IMG/VR virus record: IMGVR_UViG_3300010938_000004
Coordinates: 1-64,000 of that record
Reading direction: 5' to 3' (one strand)
DNA from: a virus
Length of the DNA stretch: 64,000 nt
The notes beneath the pieces are model-generated. The model was not told where the DNA came from, made no database searches, and was given only the letters and a program-made list of their open reading frames with translations. This document shows, in pieces, positions 48,652-59,147 of the stretch. How positions within the stretch are numbered: the stretch's first letter is position 1; each line of letters opens with the position of its first letter. The translations under genes and the position numbers were made by a program.

Positions 48652-51216
48652 ATGGCCAGACCTATAAACCTGGGAGTGGACACGAGTCTTGAAGCGTTCT
48701 CCAAGACCACACTCCCGTTTGATCCATCGAGCCTGAACAAGGTAGACGATGCGGTCCCTTTCCAGCTGCCAGGAGACTCCGATAAGACCCTCACTTTCAT
48801 CAGGGCCGAGAACTGGAACAAACTGTTCCACTACTCCTTTATTGTCTACGAAGTAGACGAGTCCGGCGCCATGGGTGCCGCGCCCCTGGCTACGATGCGA
48901 TGGACCTCGAACCGGGTACAGCTGAACATACCGCCGCGGGCGATCCGCATCACTACGCCCTTTGCCATGTCGGTCGTCCCCACCACGAGAGGTGTAGTAG
49001 AGTACGCCTCAGGCACGGCCATCAAGCAGATCACAATCAGCGGCACAACTGGAGTCTTCCCTGCACGTCGCACCTCAGCCAACGCAGCCTCTACGATTGG
49101 TGATAAGATTCTCAACACCGCCAACATCATTGCTCCAGCTGCCGCATCCGCGGTGCGTTCCTTCTTCGAGCAGGCCAAAGCCGTCAAACAGACGATCCTA
49201 GGTTCAGCCGAACGACCCGAGTACCCCGAATTTGAAGACGACCTGGTAAACACGGGCCACTACCAGTTCGCACAGCTGTATCAGTTCCTGGTATCCTACT
49301 CGGAGCACAAGGCCAAGAATCCGAATCTGCGCCTGGTGTTCGAGTGTCCCAAGGACAACGTCGGCTACGTGGTTACGCCCATCTCGTTCTCAGACGAGAA
49401 ATCGGCTGACTCGCCACTCGCGCGCAACTACTCCATCTCGATGGTCGCCTGGGACCAAGTAGATCTGACGGAAGCGCAAGTAGAGGAAGTAAAACGAGAA
49501 CAGTATTCGCCGCGCAACCAGAGCCTGGTGCGCAGCATGGTTGACTCGCTTCAGCAGTTTCGCTCCCTCATCATGCAGAAAGATAACGTGGTTCGGTCAT
49601 TCGGAACTGACGTCAACGCACTGCTTCAGGTGTACAACCAGAGCGTTCTGGCTCTGAAAGAGTTGGGCGGCGTCTCGAAAGACCTAAACGACTTCACTAC
49701 CACGCTCCGTCCAAGCGTCAAGACACTAGCTACCTCTCCAGTGGCGGCTGCTGCGATTGATGCGCTGCAGGCGGCGGCAAGCGGTGGCTCTGTGAATGCG
49801 AAACGCGCACTGGCGACGGGACTGGCAGACCAGAGGGACAACCTCCTCTCGCTGGTGCGAAGTCAACAATCAGCACAGCGCGGGGTGACCCCGCGGGGTG
49901 AGTCTGTCACCTCGGATTCGGCCGGCAAACAAGCCCCCTCACTGCTCCAGGCTTCTCAGAGTGCGGTTGAACTGGCCCTCACCGATCCCGAGGTCGGAGA
50001 GCGCATCGATCTAGACGCCCTAGATGTGGACCCCGGGGTCAGACAGTTGATGGATAAGGACCTGGAAAATTCGCGACAGCTAAGTCAGGCCGACGTGCGT
50101 GCGCTTGTGGTGAGGCTCACGCTCCTATCTGACCAGCTGGCCTACGCCACCGGCAGTATGCCGGATGAATACATAAAAGCTTACAGCCTAAGAGAAGCGA
50201 GCCCACACGAGGAGACCCGACAACTGACGCCGGACGACATCCTGCTGCAGGCCTCCACCTTCGAGGCGATCGCAGCCCTGAATGGGACACTGGCCTCCGG
50301 GCAGTTCTTCGGGAACAAGCAGTTAAGTCCCTTCCCCGAAGCCAGTGTAACAAGTCAGGAGTTCATCCCGGCTCCGCCCTCAGCCTACGTGGTGGGGATG
50401 GACCGCGGCGCTTCCATAGAAGACATGGCGCGCCGGTACCTTGGCTCGGCCTTGAGGGCGAAGGAAATTATCCTTCTCAATAACCTCAGGGCTCCGTTTG
50501 TGGATGAGGCGGGGCAAACTCGTTCGATCTACGCCGCCACGGGCCGCAGGTTCGTGGTCGAGAGTGACGAGGATCTTGAGGTGGGGCAGTACGTCACGAT
50601 CTTGGCTAGTGGCTTGCCCTCGTCGCGACGGCGCATCCTGTCGATCGAGGAGGTGTCAGACAGCTCCTATCTCGTCGTGGTGGATGGCAGCGAGAACCTG
50701 TCTACCTTCACGCCAGCAACTAACCCTTCGATCTCGTTCAGGAAGCCTGGAACAGTTGGGTCAGGAGACACAATCCTCATCCCCTCCAGTGAGCCCACCG
50801 ACCAACCAGACTTTCGAGAGACCTCCTATTACCGCAGGGTGGCGATGGCCGAGCGCATCTTCGGGGTAGACGTCAAGCTCACGCCCGAAAACGACCTCAT
50901 GTACGACCAGTTCGGCAACTTCACCCTCTGCTCGGGCTATGACAATGCCCTTCAGGCTTTGCGGGGTATCATAGAGACAGAGCGCGGGGAGCTTGAGCTT
51001 CATCCAGGGTATGGCGTCCCTTTCAAGGTGGGCATCAGGCGCAGTGACCTAGTGTCAGCGCAGCTTAGGGAGCGCATTAAGGCTCAGATCCTGGCGGACC
51101 GCAGATTCTCAGGGGTAGACGTGGACGTAGAGGTGGGACCAAATTATGTGAACGTGAAGGTTCAAGCTCAAGGTGCCGGAAACACTGGGCTTATACCGGT
51201 AGTGTTCAGGTTCTGA
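48652..51216 (+). CDS. Baseplate protein: tube-initiator-like N-terminus, LysM-like segment, C-terminal gp25-like domain
   Basis: ITISGTTG; IEDMARRYLG..IILLNNL..P; SGYDNALQAL..TERGEL..HPGYG..DRRF. Confidence 0.65.
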   Translation: MARPINLGVDTSLEAFSKTTLPFDPSSLNKVDDAVPFQLPGDSDKTLTFIRAENWNKLFHYSFIVYEVDESGAMGAAPLATMRWTSNRVQLNIPPRAIRITTPFAMSVVPTTRGVVEYASGTAIKQITISGTTGVFPARRTSANAASTIGDKILNTANIIAPAAASAVRSFFEQAKAVKQTILGSAERPEYPEFEDDLVNTGHYQFAQLYQFLVSYSEHKAKNPNLRLVFECPKDNVGYVVTPISFSDEKSADSPLARNYSISMVAWDQVDLTEAQVEEVKREQYSPRNQSLVRSMVDSLQQFRSLIMQKDNVVRSFGTDVNALLQVYNQSVLALKELGGVSKDLNDFTTTLRPSVKTLATSPVAAAAIDALQAAASGGSVNAKRALATGLADQRDNLLSLVRSQQSAQRGVTPRGESVTSDSAGKQAPSLLQASQSAVELALTDPEVGERIDLDALDVDPGVRQLMDKDLENSRQLSQADVRALVVRLTLLSDQLAYATGSMPDEYIKAYSLREASPHEETRQLTPDDILLQASTFEAIAALNGTLASGQFFGNKQLSPFPEASVTSQEFIPAPPSAYVVGMDRGASIEDMARRYLGSALRAKEIILLNNLRAPFVDEAGQTRSIYAATGRRFVVESDEDLEVGQYVTILASGLPSSRRRILSIEEVSDSSYLVVVDGSENLSTFTPATNPSISFRKPGTVGSGDTILIPSSEPTDQPDFRETSYYRRVAMAERIFGVDVKLTPENDLMYDQFGNFTLCSGYDNALQALRGIIETERGELELHPGYGVPFKVGIRRSDLVSAQLRERIKAQILADRRFSGVDVDVEVGPNYVNVKVQAQGAGNTGLIPVVFRF

Positions 51217-51255
51217 GGGTAACAGCTACCCTTTACCAGAGGTGCTTTCGATTTT

Positions 51256-54200
51256 ATGGCCGCCATCACTCTCAAGACCATCCAGCAGCTCATACGCGAC
51301 AAAATCGCCAAGATAGAAGCGGATACCGACGTCAACGACTTACACGCTGGCGCATCGCTGCTCACCGTCATTGAGGCGGCGTCGATGAGCGATCTTGCAA
51401 TCGAAGCCAAGATCTTGCGTGTGATGATCTTGAACAACCTGGACAAGGTCACTGGCGCTGACCTCACCAGGCTTGCGCGGGACCTTGGAGTGCGACCAGA
51501 TCGCTATGGCGCAGAGCCGGCCAAGGTATCTCTGACGCTATCAGACAGCTCCTTCTCCAAGGTGTCGTCTACGATTTACGCAGGTTCTGCTGCCCCGCTT
51601 GCCGGCGCAACGTCGATGCGCATCCTGTCAGGAACCGGTTTTGCCTCCTCAGGGACCGTGCACGTAGGCCGAGGTCTGGCATCCTACGAGTCAGTCGCAT
51701 ACAGCGCTATCGTTAACTCTGGCGCCGGGTATTGGACTTTGACCCTTTCGGCTCCGCTCACCAAAGACCACCTTCAGGGAGAAGAGGTGGTTATGGCGCA
51801 GGGAGGGGACCGAACCGTCTCCTCTACCGACACCGTGCGTGCGCCGTCCACTGGCGGCTCTCCGGTAGTGAACTTCATCCTGGACGACACCTACACGCTG
51901 CTCGACGGTGAACAGTCTCTGACCAATGTGCGGGCGACTGCATCGCTGCCCGGGGCGTCTGGTTTGGTGTCTGTAGGTAGGGTGGTTGAGTTCGCGTCTC
52001 TACCGTGGCCCACGGCCGTGGTTACTAACCCCGAGCCCTCCGCGGGCGGGCGAGACGAGGAGAGCGATGAAGACCTTCGCGAGCGCGTGAGAGACAGATT
52101 CCACACTCTCGCCCGTGGTACTGGAACTTCTATCGAGCGCGCCCTGATAGGGCTGACCGACCCTACTTCTAGCAAGCGGATCATCTCGGTATTCATCAGG
52201 AAGCCAACAACGCCTGGCGAGTATTCCGTAGCGTACATAGACGATGGGACCGGGTTCGAGCCTGAATTCTCAGGAGTGGGCATAGAGAGTGTAGTTACCA
52301 AGGCTGCTGGTACCGAGGAAGACTTTCAGCTCCAGCAAGACGACATCACCAAGGCTCAGCTGGTGTCAGTCGAAAGCGAACCATTCGACCTGTCAGGCGG
52401 AGAAGTGTTCTCCTTTGAGGTCGACGCCGAGAACGAGCTGGTCACTGTAGATGATGCCGACATCGAGGTTCTAGGCCGAGTCACGGCTCAAGAGCTAGCG
52501 GAGACCATTAACCGCTCCTCCACTCTGGTGGAGGCGAGATCTAAGGGCGGGAAGCTGTACGTAACTCCCCTCAAGGACGATCCGGGCTACCTTCGGTGCT
52601 TGGTTCCCTCCACCGGGACCAATGCTAACGATGCGGTGAAGTTCCCCTCAAACAAAATCTACACCCTCAACCTGTACCGCAACGATGACAGGTTGTACCA
52701 AAACGGGCAGGCGGCCTCCATCTACTCGAAGCCCCAAAACCAATGGAGTGGGCTTGCGTCGACCATGTACGGCAAATTCAAGATCGACGGCATCGTAGGC
52801 CCCGAGGTGACGATCGCAGACGCCGACTTCGCGCTCTACAGCAGTTCGACGACGTTGGTCGGTGCGAGCCCCAGCGACTGGGCCAAAGTGCTCAATGCGA
52901 AATTCATCGGGGTGACGGCCAAGGCAGGCGATGACTCGCGCGTCAGGCTCACGTCAAATAAGGGCAAAGACTCTCAGGCGGCGATAGAGGTGCTCTCTAC
53001 TTCTGGCAGCCCGAGTCTGGCTGGGACTATCTTTGAGGCAGGAAGCGCAGCCTCTGGGCGCACATCTGACTTCAAGGTCAACAGACTTACCGGGCTTGGA
53101 AGGCTGTCTGAAAAATTGACATCTGGCGACTCTCTCGCCTCCGGGACTGACATGACGCGAGGCTTTCTTGAAAGCACGGCGTCTGCGACCTACGACCTGT
53201 CCCTGGTAAGCGGAGCCGCGTCACAGTTGGTGCTGGTGCCGGATGATGTGTCTACAATCCGTACGATTGCTCAGTCTGGTAACTTGACCTTCTCGGCCCC
53301 TGGCGGCAACCTTCAGCGGATCGTGTCCAACGTATCCGGACATTTCTCAGGCCTACAGGCAGGGGACTGGGTATACCTGTTTGGGTGGGCTCAGGTGGGG
53401 CTCTACAAGGTATATCGTGTATTTACGACCTCTCTCACCAACGACTCGGTGGAGCTATTCGACCCTAACCCACAGACAGCGGCGTCGAGCGCATGGACTG
53501 CCGACCGCGTGATGGCGGGGTTCAAGACCGTGGGCAGGCCACAGTTGGTCACTCTCCCTTCTGGCAGCGCGGTCACGCGAGCTGCCGTGGTGGCTTCAAT
53601 CAACTCTCAGGTAGAGAGCATGCTCGCCGCAGAAACGGACGCTGGCAAGATCCGGATCTACTCTCTCAGGTATGCGGAAGGAAAAGGCCTTACCCTGGCT
53701 GCGGTCGGCGGGACGGCTCGTGTAGCGTTGGGCTTTACCATTTCGTCAGAGGAGAATGACTCGCCGCACACCGCAGCTCTTGAGTCTGGAGACTTACTGG
53801 GCTATCCGCTGGGCAAGATCAGTGTGACTTCTGCCGACATTTCGGCTCCATACGACACACTAGTCGACTCAGGCGCGCCCTTCACTGCGCAACACGCGAA
53901 TCGGCCTGAAGTGCCGTATTACGGTTCCTCGCAGGCCGCGGTGCGGGTGCCGGAGAATCGCAACTCCACCTCATCCCTCACGCTTCGCGGAGACGCCCCA
54001 GCGCAGTGGGTGGGTTTCGGAACTGAGACCAGGCTATTTTCGCCTCTGGGCTTGATGTTGGGCGAACAGGACACGCTGCTGCTTAGGCTTGACGATGACT
54101 CCACCAAGAAGAACTTCAACGTGCCCTTTTATCAAGATGCCGTGGTCTCCTCGTCCTACGTGGCGACCACTACACAGATGGATCTTGAGGATTCGGCCGG

Positions 54201-57117
54201 CAACAAACTTGCCTCCTCGTCCAGATGGTCTGGTTTCCGATGGGAAGACTTCCGCCTCCTCATGCAGGCTCGGGCAACTCTGACGGCTACCGGCGCCAAT
54301 AACGACGTCGCCCTGAAAGCTCGCCTGTACGGCAGAATCGGGGAGAAAATCCAGGCTGGCTATTACTACCCGTCCGTGGCCGACACCTCGTTGGCTGTCG
54401 CTCACTCTCTCGATTCGGGGAATAGTATCGTGTCTATCGCCATCACCCTTGGCTCCGGCGTGTCCAGGAATATCGGCACGGCCGCGGCGCAAAAGGTGTG
54501 GGTAGATTTCTCTGGTTCGGGCCCCGGCACTTGGAAGTTCCAGTTTTCAGACCCAGTAGACCTGACGTCGGTGGCTGTTGGCGATATCATTTCCGCGGCG
54601 AGCGGTACCGAGTTTGCGGCCAATAACCGTAAGCCGATGAAGATTGCCACCAAGTCTAATCTCAGGGATGTGTCTAAGAGCTTTCAGCACTTGCAAGAGG
54701 ACAAGGTGGCCACGATCGCAACCGGCACCAGCCTAACCTTCACCGACGGCGCAGTAACCCAGTCGATGCAGGTCGGAGACAAGATCCGCATCATGGGTTT
54801 CAAAAAGCAGATCACCGCGGTGGGGACTAACACCATCACTACCGGCACCGGTCAGCAGTTTGCGGCCGGCGGTGGCGTAATCTTCATCAACAGCAATCCC
54901 TACACATACACTTCGTACACGACCGGTACTGGCGTCTTCGCTGGCGTAAGCCCGGACCCTGCAATCTCAGGCGTGCTCGTCGGCGACTTCGCTGAACAGT
55001 ACTTGTCGTCGCCGGTCGAGCGCACGGTCGCGGGTGACATTGGGGCCAGCACTGCGACCTTGAATAGTTCCTACACGAACGACACTGGCTACATCATTCA
55101 GCTCATCCACAAGGCCGTCACGGCCAGCGCTGCTCCGTCCTTCACGGTGGCAGTAAACGACATCATCCAGGTGGCCGGCCAGTTTCTCAGAGTCAGTGCA
55201 GTGGTCTCTACGACTGTCTACAATGTTGACAGCGAATTCACTTTCTCTGGACTTAACTCTGGCGTGGTGTCCCGTATCTACGTGACAGCAACCAAGTACT
55301 CTACCGGAAGCACCGAAGCGGTGGCGTTGGCTAGCGGAACCTCGGTCGACATCTTCCCCCTCAATAGTGACACCGCATCTTCAGTTATCGCCGCGATAAA
55401 CAACTCGGCAGGGGTAGGCTTGCTACTCACAGCGAGCAATGCTTCAGGCAGTAGCGGAGCCGGCACCATCCTCTCGTCCACCGAGGACGAGCTTGGGAGC
55501 GGAACGGCTTACCAGTCACTGCTTGGTGGCGAATCCTACGTACGCAGTAAAAGCGGGTCGAGCCCTGAGTTCACCTTGAAAGAAGCGCTTGGTACGGCGC
55601 CGATCGCTGGCGACTTGGTGAAATTGGTGCCTGCTACTCCCAAGAACGCAGAATCTCTGCTGTCCTCAAAGAATTTTAGCGGGCTACCGATCGTCGCCTC
55701 CACCAAGGTAGTCGGTGCAGGTCGCAAGGTGCAGATCAGCACGGCCGCGATTGGCGGTGCGGGCCAGGTCTACTGTTTGGGGGGCCGCGCAAACGGCGAC
55801 TCGACTCTTCCGGTATACAACAACCCGCGCGCTTTATCTGCCTCGCGTGGAGAACTTGAACTTGATGCATCGGCGCTCACAATGTTGGCGATCGACCAGA
55901 AAGTAAAGATCTCGCAGACAGCGCCGGTCAGAAAATCCTGGCCGTCTACGGCGCCCACTGGCAGCGATACGGTGACCATCTCTAATCCGTCTGGCTCTAC
56001 GGCCAGGCTGACCTTGGGTACCGCTGTACTGGTGTCGAACTACGCCTTTACGCACTCAGGCTCCGTGGTGTGGCTCGTGCGTCGCTTGTCTTCGGGCCTC
56101 ACGCGCTTTCAGGTGCTGTCTGGGACCTCCTCAATTCCGGCCGGACTACTTGAGAATGACTGGGTGTTGGTGGGTAATGGAACGGCCTATGCTGGCAGTA
56201 CTCCAGCCAGCGCCTTCTCGGCCGGCAACCGTGGCTGGTTCCAGGTGAGAAACACCGACAACTCGACCTACTTCGATGTGGAGCTTGAGGAAAGCGTAGA
56301 AGAAATTATCACCACGGCCTCCGCTCCGTTCTTATTCACTTCGTACCACTCAGCTCGGCCGGGTGACAAAATCGTGATCGGGAAAGAAGTGCCGGTTTCC
56401 GATAAGAACCGCGGCACGTTTGTTATCACGAACGTGAACTCCACTACCTCCGTGGATTACGTGAACCCCTCGCTGGTGGTGGAAGGGCCCATCGTCCTGA
56501 CGACCGCGGGAGCCGCAGCATTAGGCGTGAACGATCAGGGGTACTCTTCGTACCGTCAGGTGGTGGCGCTTGCGCCTAAACCCGAGGACCCGCTCAATCG
56601 AGTCTTGGTAACAGTCTCCCCAGGCTACGACCTATCGCTGCACGGTGAACAGTACGGCTCGCGCCTCACCATGAAGGGCAAGCTTGGGTTCTCCACCACG
56701 CCGGTGAACGGGACGAATGGTTACGAATACTGGACTGGCTTGAAACGTTTGGCCCAACGCGTGGTCAGCGGTTATGCCCCTGACTCAGCCCAGTTTGAGG
56801 GTTACAGCGCAGAGGGAGTGTTCGTAGAAGTGAGAGAGCCTCAAACGCAGCGCGTTAGACTGTCGTTCCAAGTCAAAACCAAGGAAGGGGTGTCCCTTTC
56901 AACGGTGTCAGACGACTTAAAAAGCCGCGTCATCTCCTACGTCCAGTCCTTGGGGCTGGGCGACGACGTGGTGTTAGGAGAAGTTATCCGAGCTGCCCAA
57001 GAGACTCCCGGAGTCGAGGCTGTCGTTCTCCTGTCCCCCTCACCTACTGGTGAGCGGGTCACGGTGGGTGACCGAGCTAAGGCTGTCATACGTGCGAGCG
57101 ACATCACGTTGAGCTAA
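51256..57117 (+). CDS. Giant baseplate J-like wedge protein
   Basis: N-terminal GGRDEESDEDLRER..LARGT; C-terminal YVQSLGLGDDV..GV; long beta-rich insertion. Confidence 0.8.
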   Translation: MAAITLKTIQQLIRDKIAKIEADTDVNDLHAGASLLTVIEAASMSDLAIEAKILRVMILNNLDKVTGADLTRLARDLGVRPDRYGAEPAKVSLTLSDSSFSKVSSTIYAGSAAPLAGATSMRILSGTGFASSGTVHVGRGLASYESVAYSAIVNSGAGYWTLTLSAPLTKDHLQGEEVVMAQGGDRTVSSTDTVRAPSTGGSPVVNFILDDTYTLLDGEQSLTNVRATASLPGASGLVSVGRVVEFASLPWPTAVVTNPEPSAGGRDEESDEDLRERVRDRFHTLARGTGTSIERALIGLTDPTSSKRIISVFIRKPTTPGEYSVAYIDDGTGFEPEFSGVGIESVVTKAAGTEEDFQLQQDDITKAQLVSVESEPFDLSGGEVFSFEVDAENELVTVDDADIEVLGRVTAQELAETINRSSTLVEARSKGGKLYVTPLKDDPGYLRCLVPSTGTNANDAVKFPSNKIYTLNLYRNDDRLYQNGQAASIYSKPQNQWSGLASTMYGKFKIDGIVGPEVTIADADFALYSSSTTLVGASPSDWAKVLNAKFIGVTAKAGDDSRVRLTSNKGKDSQAAIEVLSTSGSPSLAGTIFEAGSAASGRTSDFKVNRLTGLGRLSEKLTSGDSLASGTDMTRGFLESTASATYDLSLVSGAASQLVLVPDDVSTIRTIAQSGNLTFSAPGGNLQRIVSNVSGHFSGLQAGDWVYLFGWAQVGLYKVYRVFTTSLTNDSVELFDPNPQTAASSAWTADRVMAGFKTVGRPQLVTLPSGSAVTRAAVVASINSQVESMLAAETDAGKIRIYSLRYAEGKGLTLAAVGGTARVALGFTISSEENDSPHTAALESGDLLGYPLGKISVTSADISAPYDTLVDSGAPFTAQHANRPEVPYYGSSQAAVRVPENRNSTSSLTLRGDAPAQWVGFGTETRLFSPLGLMLGEQDTLLLRLDDDSTKKNFNVPFYQDAVVSSSYVATTTQMDLEDSAGNKLASSSRWSGFRWEDFRLLMQARATLTATGANNDVALKARLYGRIGEKIQAGYYYPSVADTSLAVAHSLDSGNSIVSIAITLGSGVSRNIGTAAAQKVWVDFSGSGPGTWKFQFSDPVDLTSVAVGDIISAASGTEFAANNRKPMKIATKSNLRDVSKSFQHLQEDKVATIATGTSLTFTDGAVTQSMQVGDKIRIMGFKKQITAVGTNTITTGTGQQFAAGGGVIFINSNPYTYTSYTTGTGVFAGVSPDPAISGVLVGDFAEQYLSSPVERTVAGDIGASTATLNSSYTNDTGYIIQLIHKAVTASAAPSFTVAVNDIIQVAGQFLRVSAVVSTTVYNVDSEFTFSGLNSGVVSRIYVTATKYSTGSTEAVALASGTSVDIFPLNSDTASSVIAAINNSAGVGLLLTASNASGSSGAGTILSSTEDELGSGTAYQSLLGGESYVRSKSGSSPEFTLKEALGTAPIAGDLVKLVPATPKNAESLLSSKNFSGLPIVASTKVVGAGRKVQISTAAIGGAGQVYCLGGRANGDSTLPVYNNPRALSASRGELELDASALTMLAIDQKVKISQTAPVRKSWPSTAPTGSDTVTISNPSGSTARLTLGTAVLVSNYAFTHSGSVVWLVRRLSSGLTRFQVLSGTSSIPAGLLENDWVLVGNGTAYAGSTPASAFSAGNRGWFQVRNTDNSTYFDVELEESVEEIITTASAPFLFTSYHSARPGDKIVIGKEVPVSDKNRGTFVITNVNSTTSVDYVNPSLVVEGPIVLTTAGAAALGVNDQGYSSYRQVVALAPKPEDPLNRVLVTVSPGYDLSLHGEQYGSRLTMKGKLGFSTTPVNGTNGYEYWTGLKRLAQRVVSGYAPDSAQFEGYSAEGVFVEVREPQTQRVRLSFQVKTKEGVSLSTVSDDLKSRVISYVQSLGLGDDVVLGEVIRAAQETPGVEAVVLLSPSPTGERVTVGDRAKAVIRASDITLS

Positions 57118-57118
57118 G

Positions 57119-59119
57119 ATGCCTGACTACAAAGAGATAGCTTTCCAGGGACTGGCAGACCGCATCCCTAAGCGGTACAAGCCCAGGTCCAACCCGAACA
57201 TGAAGGGGCTACTCCGCGCACTGGCGGAGGGTGATGGTTACTTAGACGAGCTGATTGCCGCTGTGGCGGACAATTTGACGATCGAAAATGGTGAAGGCCG
57301 ATACCTAGACGACGCTACCGCACGCGTGGGCGTATCACGCGGACTCAACTCTGGCATCTCAGATGAGGCTTACCGCAAGGCCGCGACGATCGTAGGCCCC
57401 GGGCTCAAGAGTGTGCGGGACCCCATCCAGAGGGTGCTTGGCGCACTGTACTCAAGCGATCAGGTAAGGGCCAAGGTAACCACCTCGTCCTTTGAGCCCT
57501 ACGTCATCACTGATGGGGACACCATCATCCTTGAGGTTGACGGTGAAGACGTAAAGATCCGACTAGACTCGGCAGACTTCCAGTCGCCTGGAGCGGCGAC
57601 TGCCGCGGAACTTGCTCGGGTGTTCTCGGTAAGGTCTGGCGGCAAAATAAGAGGGGCGGTCAATACTGTCCCGTCCACAGGACAGAAGGTGTTGATTCTG
57701 TACACCCGCACAGAGGGGTCGTCCGCCTTCATCAGAGTCAAGGCCGGCAACGCTCAATCGCGCCTTAAGTTTCACTCCCCCAGGCCGATATCGCTGGGGA
57801 GTGTCACGTGGACTATCGCCCGGGAAGGCACCTCGGATCTCATGCGTTACACCGCAAGCTCTGGACCCTCTCCGCTCTTTGTGACTCAAGGAGTTAAAGA
57901 AGGCGACTTGGTAACTATCCGCACTGATTGCGGCCTACATGCCAGAAACTGTGGGACTTTTGAAGTCACAACGGTTTTGTCGGAGACCGCGCTCATAGTC
58001 CGCAATCAGGTGGGGCTGCCTCAGTCAGCATCGACCTCAGCTGCGGACGCCATGACTTTCTATGAAAGCGTCGCAGACAATGTACTCCTGCACGACTCCT
58101 TCGCGGCTGTGCTGTCCACCTCTCCCCTTGAGACTCGCGTGGTACTGCCGGTTAACCCACTCCTTAAGTTGGACGGAGTGCCAAGTTCTCGCCACTACTA
58201 CAAAGGGGGGTGGTCTACCGTACTCTCTGCTACCTCAACCACTGCGACTATAAAATTAGCCACCTCCTTCCCTTCGTCTGGGGCTATAGTTCCGGCTGGA
58301 TCTAGGATCAGAGCCAGCTCGGCCGTCACGGCGCAGACGGCCACCACCATCACACTGCAGGACGCAGGCGGCTTCCCAACCAAGGGGGCAGTGTGGTCCC
58401 GCGCCTCGCGCGCTTGGTATTACTACAGCGGCAAGTCTGGCAACCAACTACAGAACGTCACCCCGACCATGCCGGCGACAGACATTGGCCAAGTGGTCGC
58501 CTACTCAGAACGTTTCAAGTACACAGGAAAGACCGGGAACCAGCTCACTGGGGTGTTTCCTGACCCATCTACCTTGGTTGGCTACGAAGTAAGAGCGGGT
58601 CAGGCCTCAAAAACCACAGCGGGTCCCCAGACCGGATACGTATACGACCGCACGAGTCGCAGGGCGCTGACGGAGCTTAGTGCTACGCTGACTGCGCCAG
58701 TATCGGCCGGAGATTTCGCTTCTATCCTGGTGGTATCTGATGTCTCAGCATGGCCAGACCAAGGTTACCTGGTGGTAGAGGGCAATTCAGGGCGAGAGGA
58801 TGGTCCATATCGCTACACGGCGAAACTGGGCACCACACAGCTAGTGGTGGAAATCCCGGGCGGATTTACGCACTCACATCCGGCCGGAGCCCTAGTGCGC
58901 CACGCCCAGTCGAACACTGCCTATTACCCAGTCAGCACCGGAGACGAGGGCGGTTTTTATGCTTTTGGCTCTGGAAAAGCCCGGGAAAGGCTCCAAGAGT
59001 GGATTGTCTCCATGGAGGCCGAGGGAGTCTTCTACAGGTTCGATGTGAGAGAGCCGTCGCGTATTTGGTCAGTTGGTCCGAGCCTTTACGCCTCTGACCC
59101 CATAGGTTCAGTGTCCTAG
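57119..59119 (+). CDS. Baseplate wedge protein (gpI-like N-terminus)
   Basis: GRYLD..GVSR..SDEAYR; follows baseplate J. Confidence 0.6.
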   Translation: MPDYKEIAFQGLADRIPKRYKPRSNPNMKGLLRALAEGDGYLDELIAAVADNLTIENGEGRYLDDATARVGVSRGLNSGISDEAYRKAATIVGPGLKSVRDPIQRVLGALYSSDQVRAKVTTSSFEPYVITDGDTIILEVDGEDVKIRLDSADFQSPGAATAAELARVFSVRSGGKIRGAVNTVPSTGQKVLILYTRTEGSSAFIRVKAGNAQSRLKFHSPRPISLGSVTWTIAREGTSDLMRYTASSGPSPLFVTQGVKEGDLVTIRTDCGLHARNCGTFEVTTVLSETALIVRNQVGLPQSASTSAADAMTFYESVADNVLLHDSFAAVLSTSPLETRVVLPVNPLLKLDGVPSSRHYYKGGWSTVLSATSTTATIKLATSFPSSGAIVPAGSRIRASSAVTAQTATTITLQDAGGFPTKGAVWSRASRAWYYYSGKSGNQLQNVTPTMPATDIGQVVAYSERFKYTGKTGNQLTGVFPDPSTLVGYEVRAGQASKTTAGPQTGYVYDRTSRRALTELSATLTAPVSAGDFASILVVSDVSAWPDQGYLVVEGNSGREDGPYRYTAKLGTTQLVVEIPGGFTHSHPAGALVRHAQSNTAYYPVSTGDEGGFYAFGSGKARERLQEWIVSMEAEGVFYRFDVREPSRIWSVGPSLYASDPIGSVS

Positions 59120-59147
59120 TGTTAAGATGTAGTCAGGAGTCAAAGTC

